This document shows, piece by piece, positions 8,313 to 18,412 of a stretch of 64,000 nucleotides of DNA. The DNA is from Terriglobia bacterium (lineage in GTDB: Bacteria > Acidobacteriota > Terriglobia > Versatilivoradales > Versatilivoraceae), in NCBI GenBank assembly GCA_963665655.1, contig OY762429.1, positions 2,224,503 through 2,288,502 of the forward strand. The letters run 5' to 3'. The position numbers were made by a program, and so were the translations under genes. Position 1 is the first letter of the stretch, and each line of letters opens with the position of its first letter. Below the pieces are notes generated by a model. That model searched no databases. It worked only from the letters and a program-made list of their open reading frames with translations, and was not told the DNA's origin.

Positions 8313-11300
8313 TGTCATTGAACGACCGTGTTCGGATAGCCCGGCGCTTCCTTAGATCGATCCGCATCGATTCTGATCTTGGCCATGTGGCGGCCCTTGA
8401 AGGATTCGTATGTCCGCAGTCGTCCTCCAACATTCTTTTGACAATGGCACGCCACGTCTCCCAAACGGGACAGGGCGCATTCACTTGGACTGGCCCCTAC
8501 GGCAGTGGTAAATCAAGCCTTGTCGTCGCCCTAAGTGCTTTATTAAACGGCGATACAGGACTGCAGGACGAAGCAGCAAAGATCTTCGGCCAGGAGTTGA
8601 CGAGGACGATCAGGGACACTTTGCCGATTGGAACAAAGGGGTGGCGTATTCTTCCCGTCGTCGCACGACGCGACGATCCCGTCACTGTCATCGGAGAATC
8701 CGTAAGGCGGACAGCGCTCGTATCCCGTCGGCCGCGTGGCGGCTGGACCGAAAGCAACCTGATCGCCACACTGACCAAAATCGCTAGCGAAAATCCCGAG
8801 ACACACGGCGGGCTCGTTCTTTTCATCGATGAGCTAGGCAAATTCCTAGAGGCAGCCGCCCGCGACGGCTCCGATATCTACATTCTCCAGCAGCTCGCCG
8901 AAGCGTCGTCACGGAGTCAGGGGCGGTTTCTTGTCGTGGGTGTGTTACACCAAGCGTTCGAGGAATACGCCCATCGCCTTTCATACGAGATGCGAGACGA
9001 GTGGGCGAAGATCCAGGGCCGTTTCATCGACCTTATTGTCAATACAGTAGGCGAAGAACAGATCGACCTGATCTCACGCGCGATCGAAAGCGATCATCAC
9101 CCAAAGAAGCCTAGCACCCTAGCAGCCACCGTCGCGAGCTTCGCATGTCGGGATCGTGCATCTGATGCGGGGCGCATAGCCTCCATTCTGGAAACATGCT
9201 GGCCGCTGCACCCTGTCGTAGCATGCCTTCTTGGACCGATTTCGCGTCGGCGTTTCGGGCAGAACCAACGAAGTATATTCGCCTTCTTGAACTCATCTGA
9301 GCCTCACGGGTTTCGAGACTTTCTGTGTCACGCTAGGGAAGGTGAACTATACGGCCCGGACCGGCTTTGGGACTACCTTCGCGCCAACTTAGAGCCATCC
9401 ATTTTAGCTTCACCCGATGGTCACCGGTGGGCGTTGGCAGCGGAAGCGCTTGAACGCTGCGAGGCAATCGGCGCCGACGCCGTTCACATCCGGTTGCTCA
9501 AAACAATTTCCGTCATTGACCTGTTCAAGGAGCGTTCGGGACTCGTCGCGAATTCGGCCTTGCTAGGCAGCTGTTTCCCTGAAACCTCAGCCAATGGGCT
9601 TGAAAGGGCGCTTTCGCAACTAGGTACATGGTCGTTCACGATCTTCAAGAAATTCCTCAACGCCCACACCATCTTTGCAGGGAGCGACTTCAACATAGAC
9701 GAGGCGGTCCGCACCGCACTCGACGAGATCGACGAGTTTGATTTAAAGGCGCTCAAGTCGCTCGCCGGGCTGCACCCGATCCTCGCCAAACGCCACTACC
9801 ACGACACAGGTGCGCTCAGATGGTTTGACGTGAACATCGTCTCAGTCAGCAGCCTTGTCGATTTCGTCGCCAAACATGAACCGGAGAACGGCGTGATCGG
9901 CCAGTTCCTTTTGGCGATTCCAACGGAGGGAGAAAGCCGCGACTACGCCGAGGACGTATGCCGTAAGGCCACGCGCCATAGTGACGCATGGGACATCATT
10001 GTAGGGATATCGAAAAGTTTCTGGGCTATAGTTCCACTAGCGCGAGAATTGTTTGCACTGGACAGCGTCAGCAACAATCACCCAGGGCTTGCGGGAGATT
10101 CCGTCGCGCGACGGGAAGTCTCCGCACGTCTCGTTACTCTACAAACATTGCTGGAAGCGGAACTGCGCAAGGCATTTGACAATGCGCTATGGTTCCAAAA
10201 AGAACACAGGCCCAAGCGGTTACGGCAGGCCGATCTGAACGGTATAGCTTCCGAGCTAGCGGATCGTCGTTTCGGTCAATCGCCGCGCCTACATAGCGAA
10301 TTGCTAAACCGCCAGAAACCATCAAGCAACGCAATCGCAGCTCAGAACGCCCTGTTACGGTGCATGGTAATGAATGAGGGTGCGCCGCGGCTTGGGATCG
10401 TGGGGTTTCCAGCCGAGGGTGGTCTGTTTGCTTCCATTCTGGAAGCCACAGGCCTGTACGTTACGGAGGAAGCAATTGGGCGTTACGTTTCACCGATAAC
10501 AAGCACTGATCCTTGCAACTTAGCCGCGATCTGGAAGAAGGCGATTAACCACGTCAAGGAATGTGCCAACCGCACGGTAACCTTCTCTGAGTTGTTCGAG
10601 CAGTGGTCTAAGCCGCCCTTCGGCGTGAAACAGGGCATGATGCCAGTCCTTGCGGTCGCCTTCGTGTTATCGCATCGCGACAAAATTGCGGTGTATCGTG
10701 ACGGTATTTTCAGGGCGAAATTCGACGACGTGGATGTCGACTATCTGGCCAAAGACCCGACGTTTGTCCAAGTGCGCTGGATGGACCTTAGCTATGTTGC
10801 GCGTCGACTATTGTCGGGACTGGCTCAAGTTGTCCGCGATCTTGACACGGCGAACCAGCTTATTCACCTTGAGCCCATCGATGTCGGACGTGGCCTTGTC
10901 GCAGTGTACGAGCGGCTTCCGAAATGGACCAAGAGGACGATGCGGCTATCTTCGAATGCCTTAAGAATACGCGAACTGTTCAAGCGCGCCCACGATCCAA
11001 ACCAGTTCCTGTTTAACGATCTTCCGGAAACACTCGGCGAGGACGTTTCGTTTGGAGACGAAAACGATCTGCGCCTTGTTATCGAAAGCGTTCGTGAGGG
11101 GCTGCATGAGCTAGTTGGAGCGTACACGTCAATGCTGCACCGCTTGCGGGAAATCATGTTGGCAGAGTTGCAGGTTCCTAACATTTCGCCCCGGTCTTTA
11201 CAGGAGTTGCGCGTCCGCGCTGAGAATATAAAACAGCTCTCCGGTGATTTTCGACTCGAGGCTTTCGTGGGCAGACTATCGCAGTTCGATGGTTCCGACG

Positions 11301-11698
11301 AGAGTGTGGAGGGTATAGCCAGTCTTGCCGCAAATAAGCCGGCCGGAGAATGGTTCGATCCCGACCTTGATCGGTGCGCCATAGAGCTCGCCGAAATGGC
11401 CCAAAAATTCCTACGTGCCGAGACGTATGCTCGCGTTAAAGGCCGTCCTGACAAACGGCAGGCGATAGCCGTTGTGATCGCCATGGACGGCCGACCTCAA
11501 CCGCTGTTGGAGGAATTCAACATCGCGGATACGGATCGCACTGCCGTCAAAGATCTAGTTGAGCGTGTCGCTAACACCATCGGACAGACCGCCACCAGCC
11601 AACGCGGAATAATTCTGGCAGCGCTAGCGGAACTCACGACGCGCTATATTCAGACAGCGTCGACTGGGCACAATAAGAAAGAAAGAGCAGCCTCATGA
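8312..11698 (+). CDS. sspC: SspC-like large P-loop ATPase
   Basis: Walker [17 protein letters not shown] and a Walker B-like LVLFIDELGKF. Start chosen at the ATG overlapping the sspB stop (TGATG); the ORF is open from 8195, so the start is uncertain. The 3-prime end overlaps sspD by 4 nt. Confidence 0.7.
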   Translation: MSLNDRVRIARRFLRSIRIDSDLGHVAALEGFVCPQSSSNILLTMARHVSQTGQGAFTWTGPYGSGKSSLVVALSALLNGDTGLQDEAAKIFGQELTRTIRDTLPIGTKGWRILPVVARRDDPVTVIGESVRRTALVSRRPRGGWTESNLIATLTKIASENPETHGGLVLFIDELGKFLEAAARDGSDIYILQQLAEASSRSQGRFLVVGVLHQAFEEYAHRLSYEMRDEWAKIQGRFIDLIVNTVGEEQIDLISRAIESDHHPKKPSTLAATVASFACRDRASDAGRIASILETCWPLHPVVACLLGPISRRRFGQNQRSIFAFLNSSEPHGFRDFLCHAREGELYGPDRLWDYLRANLEPSILASPDGHRWALAAEALERCEAIGADAVHIRLLKTISVIDLFKERSGLVANSALLGSCFPETSANGLERALSQLGTWSFTIFKKFLNAHTIFAGSDFNIDEAVRTALDEIDEFDLKALKSLAGLHPILAKRHYHDTGALRWFDVNIVSVSSLVDFVAKHEPENGVIGQFLLAIPTEGESRDYAEDVCRKATRHSDAWDIIVGISKSFWAIVPLARELFALDSVSNNHPGLAGDSVARREVSARLVTLQTLLEAELRKAFDNALWFQKEHRPKRLRQADLNGIASELADRRFGQSPRLHSELLNRQKPSSNAIAAQNALLRCMVMNEGAPRLGIVGFPAEGGLFASILEATGLYVTEEAIGRYVSPITSTDPCNLAAIWKKAINHVKECANRTVTFSELFEQWSKPPFGVKQGMMPVLAVAFVLSHRDKIAVYRDGIFRAKFDDVDVDYLAKDPTFVQVRWMDLSYVARRLLSGLAQVVRDLDTANQLIHLEPIDVGRGLVAVYERLPKWTKRTMRLSSNALRIRELFKRAHDPNQFLFNDLPETLGEDVSFGDENDLRLVIESVREGLHELVGAYTSMLHRLREIMLAELQVPNISPRSLQELRVRAENIKQLSGDFRLEAFVGRLSQFDGSDESVEGIASLAANKPAGEWFDPDLDRCAIELAEMAQKFLRAETYARVKGRPDKRQAIAVVIAMDGRPQPLLEEFNIADTDRTAVKDLVERVANTIGQTATSQRGIILAALAELTTRYIQTASTGHNKKERAAS

Positions 11699-12534
11699 CC
11701 AAACCTGCTGTGAAGCATGTGCTCGGGCTGTCCGGTGGGCGAGATAGCGCGGCGCTAGCCGTCTACATGCGGCAAAACCATCCCGCAATCGATATCCAGT
11801 TTTTTTTTACGGACACAGGCAAGGAACTGCCCGAAGTGTATGAATTTCTAGGGCGACTTGAAGGTTTTCTTGGTAAACCGATCTTGCGGCTGAATCCTGA
11901 CCGTGACTTCGATTTCTGGCTTAAGCAATACAACCACTTTCTGCCATCGCCGCAAACGCGCTGGTGCACACGGCAGCTTAAACTGCGCCCGTTTGAGCAC
12001 TGGCTTCGCCCATTGCTTGCCAATGGAACGATGATCTACAGTTATGTTGCTATTCGCAGTGACGAGCAGTTCCGTGAAGGGTACTCCTCTAAACATAGCA
12101 ATTTGGTTGTCAAACTGCCGTTCAAGCAGGCCGGGATCGATAAAGCTGGTGTGCTTGAAATCCTAGATGGAGCCGGGCTTGGCCTACCGAATTATTATTC
12201 TTGGAGAACGCGTAGCGGCTGCACTTTTTGTTTTTTCCAGCAGAAGATCGAATGGGTTCGGCTCAAACAGCAGCACCCGGAGGCGTTCGAGGAAGCCAAG
12301 GCGTACGAAAAAAACGCCGTTGAAAACGGTTCACCTTTTACATGGAGCCAAGGTGAATCTCTCCAGCAGCTTGAAAAGCCGGAGAGGATCGTGCAGATTA
12401 GGGCGGATCATGAACGACGTTTGGCCCGCATGCGCTCCAAAGCCAAGCCAAACCCGCTTAGGCCGGATAGCGAGCCTCTAGATATTGACGACTTGTACGG
12501 AAAAGCCAAAGTCTGCCTCGCATGCCACAAGTAG
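11695..12534 (+). CDS. sspD: SspD/DndC-family PAPS-reductase-like ATP pyrophosphatase (PP-loop)
   Basis: PP-loop motif LGLSGGRDSAALAV at the N-terminus, the PAPS reductase fold pattern, cysteine-containing C-terminal motifs (CTFC; CLACHK) and ATGA overlap with sspC. Confidence 0.8.
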   Translation: MTKPAVKHVLGLSGGRDSAALAVYMRQNHPAIDIQFFFTDTGKELPEVYEFLGRLEGFLGKPILRLNPDRDFDFWLKQYNHFLPSPQTRWCTRQLKLRPFEHWLRPLLANGTMIYSYVAIRSDEQFREGYSSKHSNLVVKLPFKQAGIDKAGVLEILDGAGLGLPNYYSWRTRSGCTFCFFQQKIEWVRLKQQHPEAFEEAKAYEKNAVENGSPFTWSQGESLQQLEKPERIVQIRADHERRLARMRSKAKPNPLRPDSEPLDIDDLYGKAKVCLACHK

Positions 12535-12552
12535 CTAAAATATTGACTGAAA

Positions 12553-14028
12553 TCAACTAAGAGCGTGTAGGGACATCAGCCTTGGGTAACGCTTAGCGAT
12601 ATCGGGATGCCGTCGCAGTCGATCTTCAAGATCCCGAGCTTCCCACCATTCGGCTTGAAAGACCTTCTTCCTTCTCATACCGTCCAAATGATCCACAAGT
12701 GAAGAACTGATTCTCGGATGTGCGATCAGGAGAAATCCGTCCGCCTGATGGCGCTCAAGCGTGTCTCTGATGTCCTGAACATCGCTTTTGCCAATCGTCC
12801 GTTGTCGGGATTTCACCTGCGCTATGAAGCGCAAAACTCTTGTTCCTTTGAAACAGACTGCGGCACCACCCTTAGACGTGGAGTCTTTTGCTCCTGTCGA
12901 ATGGGGAGCGGGAACTTTCCTGTCAATCAGAATATCACGTCCGCTATCTCTGTCGTTGACCGTCCCAACCGGTTTCGCTTGAAGGACTCCTGGTTCCCTC
13001 CGAACCAAATCAACACAAAGGTCTTCAAAGTCGCCTGGAGACATTGGTGTCTTCCAGTCAATAATCGAATCCGCAAAAAATACGCTATTTTCCCCGCTTC
13101 GTCGCTCAAGTAGGTTTTTTCTTTCCCGTTCATAAACGACGCGTCCACATTCGCCGCGAATTGCAACAATTGTCTTATCTCCGATGAAGAGACAGTGACT
13201 ATCTAGTGGCATCACAACTACGTTCTCACACCCATCGGCAGTGAGTGAAAACAGTTTGTGCGCCTTCTTGGTTAAAGCGAATGGAATTGCATTCGGTATA
13301 CCATTTGCGAGGATCGCCAATGATTTTTCGCCCTTTACCATCTCGGGTGAATAGGGGCTCAAAGCGCCTCTCAGAAGAGCTAAACGGTTCTTCGGCATCC
13401 GAATGATTGTCACGCCGCGATCATGTGACGCGAAATACATCCAAACCGGAAATGTTCTTTTGCTGATCGTCACATCTTTCGGATTTCTCAGGTACCTTGT
13501 GACAGGAACCACCCATACCGGTTCTTCGGTTTTGTGTACCACGGTCAAATCTGGACGATTTTGCAATCGGCCTTGATCCCACTGGAACACATCGCTTAAG
13601 AGGTGAAAGGCGAATGCGGTCCATGCATTCATGGATTTTCTTGCGGCCTCGAATGTGTCATCCGAGATGTTCCAAGGGCATTGCTCAAATATCACGTAAC
13701 GTGCGCCGATCTCACCTGGAACAAAGCCGTGAGGCTCATCAATTAGCCGCACAGAACCAAGCCCAAATGCGCGTAGCACTCCACCCCAAATCAGCGACAA
13801 GACGTCATGCACGTCGGTCCGGTCGCCATCGAATTGAGCGCCAGATGTGGTGACTACACCCCAAAGCAGTAGCCGTTTCTCACAGTCTTGACCAGCCGGC
13901 AAGTCAAGCATACGAAAGGGTTCGTGTGTTAGACCTGAACATTCAAATACGGGAGGTTTGTATAGTGTCTCTTGACCGCCAACTGACAACGCGGAGGCCG
14001 CCCTTGCAAATATGCTGTCAGCTTCCAT
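12553..14028 (-). CDS. Hypothetical protein with a C-terminal Mrr-like restriction endonuclease (PD-(D/E)xK) domain
   Basis: The C-terminal segment RFIAQVKSRQRTIGKSDVQDI...ADGFLLIAHPRISS resembles the Mrr_cat core. Last gene of the minus-strand operon, abutting the upstream gene. Confidence 0.5.
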   Translation of the reverse strand: MEADSIFARAASALSVGGQETLYKPPVFECSGLTHEPFRMLDLPAGQDCEKRLLLWGVVTTSGAQFDGDRTDVHDVLSLIWGGVLRAFGLGSVRLIDEPHGFVPGEIGARYVIFEQCPWNISDDTFEAARKSMNAWTAFAFHLLSDVFQWDQGRLQNRPDLTVVHKTEEPVWVVPVTRYLRNPKDVTISKRTFPVWMYFASHDRGVTIIRMPKNRLALLRGALSPYSPEMVKGEKSLAILANGIPNAIPFALTKKAHKLFSLTADGCENVVVMPLDSHCLFIGDKTIVAIRGECGRVVYERERKNLLERRSGENSVFFADSIIDWKTPMSPGDFEDLCVDLVRREPGVLQAKPVGTVNDRDSGRDILIDRKVPAPHSTGAKDSTSKGGAAVCFKGTRVLRFIAQVKSRQRTIGKSDVQDIRDTLERHQADGFLLIAHPRISSSLVDHLDGMRRKKVFQAEWWEARDLEDRLRRHPDIAKRYPRLMSLHALS

Positions 14029-15930
14029 CTATTCTCCCTCTGCTGAGAGGATATCGGTGATTTTCATGACGAAAGGCGCCTTGCGGTAATTACTCTTTGC
14101 AGAAATACCTTCTTCGACTCCCTCATTTCGCACGAGGTAAAGGTACGTCCGATTGTCTTTACCCTTTTCCGCATTCCATTTTCCATTCTGTCGCGGAAGT
14201 TCCATCAATCCCCGTTCAAATCGCTCGAAGAAGTCAAGATCGGTCTTCATGGCTGAGAGGCTTTCCTTCGCCGACGTGCGTACATCCTCAAGCGGATAAC
14301 TCTGCATAGTTTCCCTCAACGCATCGCACACGTCTTCTCCAAGCACCAAATGGTCGACTCTCCTTCCCTGTGCGTCTCGACCCACGAAGCAGCTCGCGGT
14401 TTCCATCGATTCAACCGGAACTGAGCGCGTAGTCGCATCAGGGGAAACTACATATAAGGCAATTGAAACCGGAAACGTCGCGGGAGGTTTTGCAGGCTGA
14501 CCAATACGCCCCATATCAGCCAGCAACTTCTGCTGAAGTTCCGTGGCAAAGATCTCACGAATTCGACCTACGCGTACGTAACTGCTACTGTGCTGGAGCC
14601 CCTCGCAAAGTGTTGCAAGAGGGATTGTTTGTCGTTTTTTAAGATGCCACCTGATCCAATGCCTTGACCCATCTTGCGATTTGAAGATCGGCGTCTTGGT
14701 TACCGTAGCTCCATAAGACCAATCTTTCGCCACAAGGGGCATTAGAGTACCAGGCAGAACGAACACATTTTCTGTCTCAGCGCGCGCTAAATCGCACGCG
14801 GGTGTTGCAACGAGAAATACCTCACTTGTCAATTTCCCAGTTTCTGTGTTCTTGCGTCGCAAAACGTCCCCGTATTGAATTGTTGGCACGTCCTGACCGA
14901 CTGAGAGTTCCAACCTTCGGACGTGTTGAAAGATCATGCGATGCACAAGGTCTTGGAGATCAGATGAACCTGCCAAATGCGGAGCAGGGTACTGGCCCAA
15001 CTCAATCTTGTTTAATTCTTGAGCCGCGGATATTGTTCCAACTTGGGCTTCTATCTCGTGCTGTAAGACACGATCTGAAACATCCAAGAGATACTCGCCG
15101 AGCTTTTGCCCTTCGAAATCCAGCAAAAGTGTCCGAATCTGTGCCAAATCAGATAAATCTAGGCGGCGTAGAATTCTTACAAAGTTGTCTCGTGCCTGCT
15201 CCAAACCGTCATTCCACGATTGGACGAATGCAGCAACCCGTTTGGCATCTTCATAATGGTTTGCCAGCCGGGTCAGCAAAGTTTCGAGCCTGCCATCCTT
15301 CGTCAAATCAGCCTTGCTTGCGATCCGAAATGTTGAACCGAGAAGTCCCGCCTTATCACGAAAATCATTGCGCTTCTCCCAGAGCCGAGTGCTCCTTGAC
15401 ATCAATACTACTAGTGGCGGCTTGTGCGCACGATTCGTAACGAGTTGCGAGACACGGGAGACTGCACGGTCCATATCCTGTTCAGACTGATGAAAGCCGA
15501 GGAACAAATCGATGAAGATTAGGTCCGCCTCTCTCGCTCTCTCATCGAACTCCTTCCCCATCGTTGAACAGGTCAAGCCGAAACCTTCAAGGGCCACGAT
15601 AAGTGCCTCTAAGATTTTCCGCTCTGCCTCCTGGGTACTCTCGTAGTCTCTGAATAAATGCTCACGCGCTTCAGTTGGCAGCTTGTCCCGGTATTCCCAC
15701 AAGATACTGATAAACTCCTGAGATCCGATCAGATCGCCCATAGACGTGCGTTCATATCCCGGAAACAGGTTCGAAAGTAACGCGTTTCCGGAAGCGCCCA
15801 GGTCATCAAAGAAATTCGACCAATCGCCCTCGGTGAGTTCGTCAGGACGCGGTATATCGTCGAAGACGTCATCGATAACAACAGCGTTTTTGACAACCCT
15901 CTTTTTCAACAGCTCGCGCAGTTTCTTCAT
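14029..15930 (-). CDS. Hypothetical protein with receiver-domain-like N-terminal motifs
   Basis: N-terminal VVIDDVFDD, a later IFIDLFLG and PLVVLMSRS resemble REC beta1/beta3/beta4 elements, but the spacing is non-canonical. 4-nt overlap with the upstream histidine-kinase-like gene. The C-terminal 400 aa has no recognisable domain. Confidence 0.4.
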   Translation of the reverse strand: MKKLRELLKKRVVKNAVVIDDVFDDIPRPDELTEGDWSNFFDDLGASGNALLSNLFPGYERTSMGDLIGSQEFISILWEYRDKLPTEAREHLFRDYESTQEAERKILEALIVALEGFGLTCSTMGKEFDERAREADLIFIDLFLGFHQSEQDMDRAVSRVSQLVTNRAHKPPLVVLMSRSTRLWEKRNDFRDKAGLLGSTFRIASKADLTKDGRLETLLTRLANHYEDAKRVAAFVQSWNDGLEQARDNFVRILRRLDLSDLAQIRTLLLDFEGQKLGEYLLDVSDRVLQHEIEAQVGTISAAQELNKIELGQYPAPHLAGSSDLQDLVHRMIFQHVRRLELSVGQDVPTIQYGDVLRRKNTETGKLTSEVFLVATPACDLARAETENVFVLPGTLMPLVAKDWSYGATVTKTPIFKSQDGSRHWIRWHLKKRQTIPLATLCEGLQHSSSYVRVGRIREIFATELQQKLLADMGRIGQPAKPPATFPVSIALYVVSPDATTRSVPVESMETASCFVGRDAQGRRVDHLVLGEDVCDALRETMQSYPLEDVRTSAKESLSAMKTDLDFFERFERGLMELPRQNGKWNAEKGKDNRTYLYLVRNEGVEEGISAKSNYRKAPFVMKITDILSAEGE

Positions 15931-18356
15931 GAGACAACGACCTCGTCGGGCAGTTGCAGAATGAAACGATGGAGGCGGCCTGTTTCGGGATTGAACTCGT
16001 CCTGCAGTGTCAGGCTTCCGCCGTGGTATTCGGCACAGTCGCGGGCGATGTAGAGACCGAGACCCCTGCGTTTGGATTTTTCTTTCAGCGAAAAGAACGC
16101 CCGAAAGACCTTCTCTCGGTTCTCCTTCGCGACACCACGGCCATTATCTTCATAGTTGATCGTGAGGGGATCATCTTCCATCGCAATGGTGATAAACGGC
16201 TGGAAGCCCGGCTGGTGCTGTTGGCGAAGGTCCAGCCAATAAAGCGAGTTCGATATCAAGTTTTCGATTATCTGCACGATCATTCCCTTGACGGCGCGAA
16301 TACGAACAGCACGCTCAGGCACGATAACCTTCAGCTTCACATCATGACGTGCAAATTGCAGCTCGTGACCGCTCAAAATATCTCCAATCAGGCTACCCAA
16401 ATTGAACGTTTCCTTTCGTTGACGGCCCGAAACACTAAGCGGATCAAGAACACGAAGGCGCTTACTTACCGACTTCATCTCCGACCGCAACGAATTCAGC
16501 AATCCGTCTATCTGGGCCGGAACGTCTTCCTCACGTAAGGCCTCAAGTGCAGCAAGCGCATTTTCCGTCGATCGGGCTAGTTCATGGGCCACGACTTCGA
16601 CTAGCAGCCCAACACCCGCCATCTGCATCATCTGCCGATTCTCGCTCTCGACCTCGGCAATCCGCCTTTCAGCACGAGTGAAGAATTCTTTTATTTCAAA
16701 GAAGGTGTGCTGCAATTCATCAACAATACTCGCCGAGACTGGAGCTATGTGCCTTATTTTCTTTAGTGCCACGCTTGCCCTTTTTTCGAGGCTAGACACA
16801 TCCGTCTTGGCTTCCGTCATATCGATGGGCTGGCCTTTGTAACGCCGTTGCACGTCCTTCAAAAACTCACGGAGGTGGTATTGAATGGCAAATTGCAGCA
16901 GGCCAATGAACGCTTGCTGTTCGGGGCAAACACGCAAGCCTTCGCGGTTTGTCTGGTCAGTGAGTGGCGGGTTGCCTAGCCGTGAAATCTTAACACGGCC
17001 GCAGAATTGTGCTTTGTTGAGGAGGTACCCCATACTACCGAGCGCACGCCGGTCCAAGCCTAGCCAATCGTCGTCGTCGTCTCCGTAAGGCAAAATCCGG
17101 AATCCATCACGGAATAGTAGGATCCCGGACCAGCGCTTTTGCAGTTCTCGCACAACGTTCCGATTTCCAATGCTGTCGATGGCTCCCAAGCGCCGCCGAT
17201 TAAACCAATACGCCTCGAATTCGAATTCACCCAAATCGTCTAGTGCTGACGGCGGGATTTCTCTCGATGTGCCGGTAATCGCCCCTTCAAGGTCGGGCGG
17301 GGTGAATACCCGTTTTTCAACTTCACGCGGGTGATCGAATCCCAGATTCAAAGCTTCGTAGCTGCATTCCAGAGTTGGGCCGGAATCATTGCAGACATAA
17401 CGTCCCTTTACCGCTGCATGTCGATGCGCCAAGAGAAGATGATCCATGCGAGCTATAGAAACGCGCGCACCATTCCAAAATAAAGCAATTCGGGGTCTCC
17501 GCTTGGCATCAGCGAACGGATCGGTAAGCCGCGCAAAGTCATGCTCACCTAAGTATTTGACTCGCTCATATGTCCAGTCCGCTCCTAGAGCACCGATGAT
17601 CAACCGTGTGCCGCTCCAGTCTGGCTCCGGCTTCGCCGAACCGCACTCAGGTATGATGTCGATCTCATCAATCATCGCTTCTAGGTCGCCAAAAGCAGAC
17701 CAGTCAATTTTGAGCAAATTTAGGTATTTGTCCTGTTTCTCTGCCGTTTCGACCGTAAGCTTGTCGCCTAGGCGCATGGCGGAGAGTCGTCCGATCCCCT
17801 TTTCACCTAGATAGGGTGCGCGCTGTTTTTCTGCGTTAGGACTCGCGAGCGCGGCGTCTATCACGCGTTTCCGAGAAGCTGTTCCCACTACGAGATAGTT
17901 ATCGATCAAATCCTGATGCGACATCCCCGTGCCCCTGTCGGACACGATAATTCGATTTTCAACGGTGTACGCATTGTCAAGGGCCTGAACAAGAGATGCT
18001 GGATCTTCGGCTCTGTCGATCGCCCTGCGGAAACGATTCAGTGAGCTCTGTGGGGCAGACGGATTGAGAACATGCTCAACATTCACCTTCAGACCGTTGA
18101 TATCAACCGATCCGTCAGTTGCCCTCTGGCGGATCCTCAAATAGTCATTCCGCCGTAGGACGATTTCAAAATGAATTTCCACACCGTTCGTAGACTTAGC
18201 GTCAAACGCGTTCTTGATCAGCTCATAAAATGCAATAATATCCGAACTGATAAGTTCAGCCCCGAGTTCCAGAATTGTCCGGGCGCAAATCTTGAACAAC
18301 CTGTTTACCTCCCTTTGTTGTTCGGCTTGCTGGTCAACGGTCAGGCGATGATGCAA
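15927..18356 (-). CDS. Cytoplasmic GHKL ATPase - histidine kinase fusion protein
   Basis: N-terminal GHKL domain (N-box FYELIKNAFDA, G1 VSDRGTGMS, G2 GEKGIGRLS). Central H-box VVAHELARSTENALAAL. C-terminal HK catalytic domain (N-box ENLISNSLYW, G1 EDNGRGV, G2 GLGLYIARDCAEYHGGSL). No TM segments. Confidence 0.65.
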   Translation of the reverse strand: MHHRLTVDQQAEQQREVNRLFKICARTILELGAELISSDIIAFYELIKNAFDAKSTNGVEIHFEIVLRRNDYLRIRQRATDGSVDINGLKVNVEHVLNPSAPQSSLNRFRRAIDRAEDPASLVQALDNAYTVENRIIVSDRGTGMSHQDLIDNYLVVGTASRKRVIDAALASPNAEKQRAPYLGEKGIGRLSAMRLGDKLTVETAEKQDKYLNLLKIDWSAFGDLEAMIDEIDIIPECGSAKPEPDWSGTRLIIGALGADWTYERVKYLGEHDFARLTDPFADAKRRPRIALFWNGARVSIARMDHLLLAHRHAAVKGRYVCNDSGPTLECSYEALNLGFDHPREVEKRVFTPPDLEGAITGTSREIPPSALDDLGEFEFEAYWFNRRRLGAIDSIGNRNVVRELQKRWSGILLFRDGFRILPYGDDDDDWLGLDRRALGSMGYLLNKAQFCGRVKISRLGNPPLTDQTNREGLRVCPEQQAFIGLLQFAIQYHLREFLKDVQRRYKGQPIDMTEAKTDVSSLEKRASVALKKIRHIAPVSASIVDELQHTFFEIKEFFTRAERRIAEVESENRQMMQMAGVGLLVEVVAHELARSTENALAALEALREEDVPAQIDGLLNSLRSEMKSVSKRLRVLDPLSVSGRQRKETFNLGSLIGDILSGHELQFARHDVKLKVIVPERAVRIRAVKGMIVQIIENLISNSLYWLDLRQQHQPGFQPFITIAMEDDPLTINYEDNGRGVAKENREKVFRAFFSLKEKSKRRGLGLYIARDCAEYHGGSLTLQDEFNPETGRLHRFILQLPDEVVVS

Positions 18357-18412
18357 AGAAACGCGCCCGACTCCGATTTCCCCCAGCTACCAATCTGATC
18401 ATCCGTGCCGTC

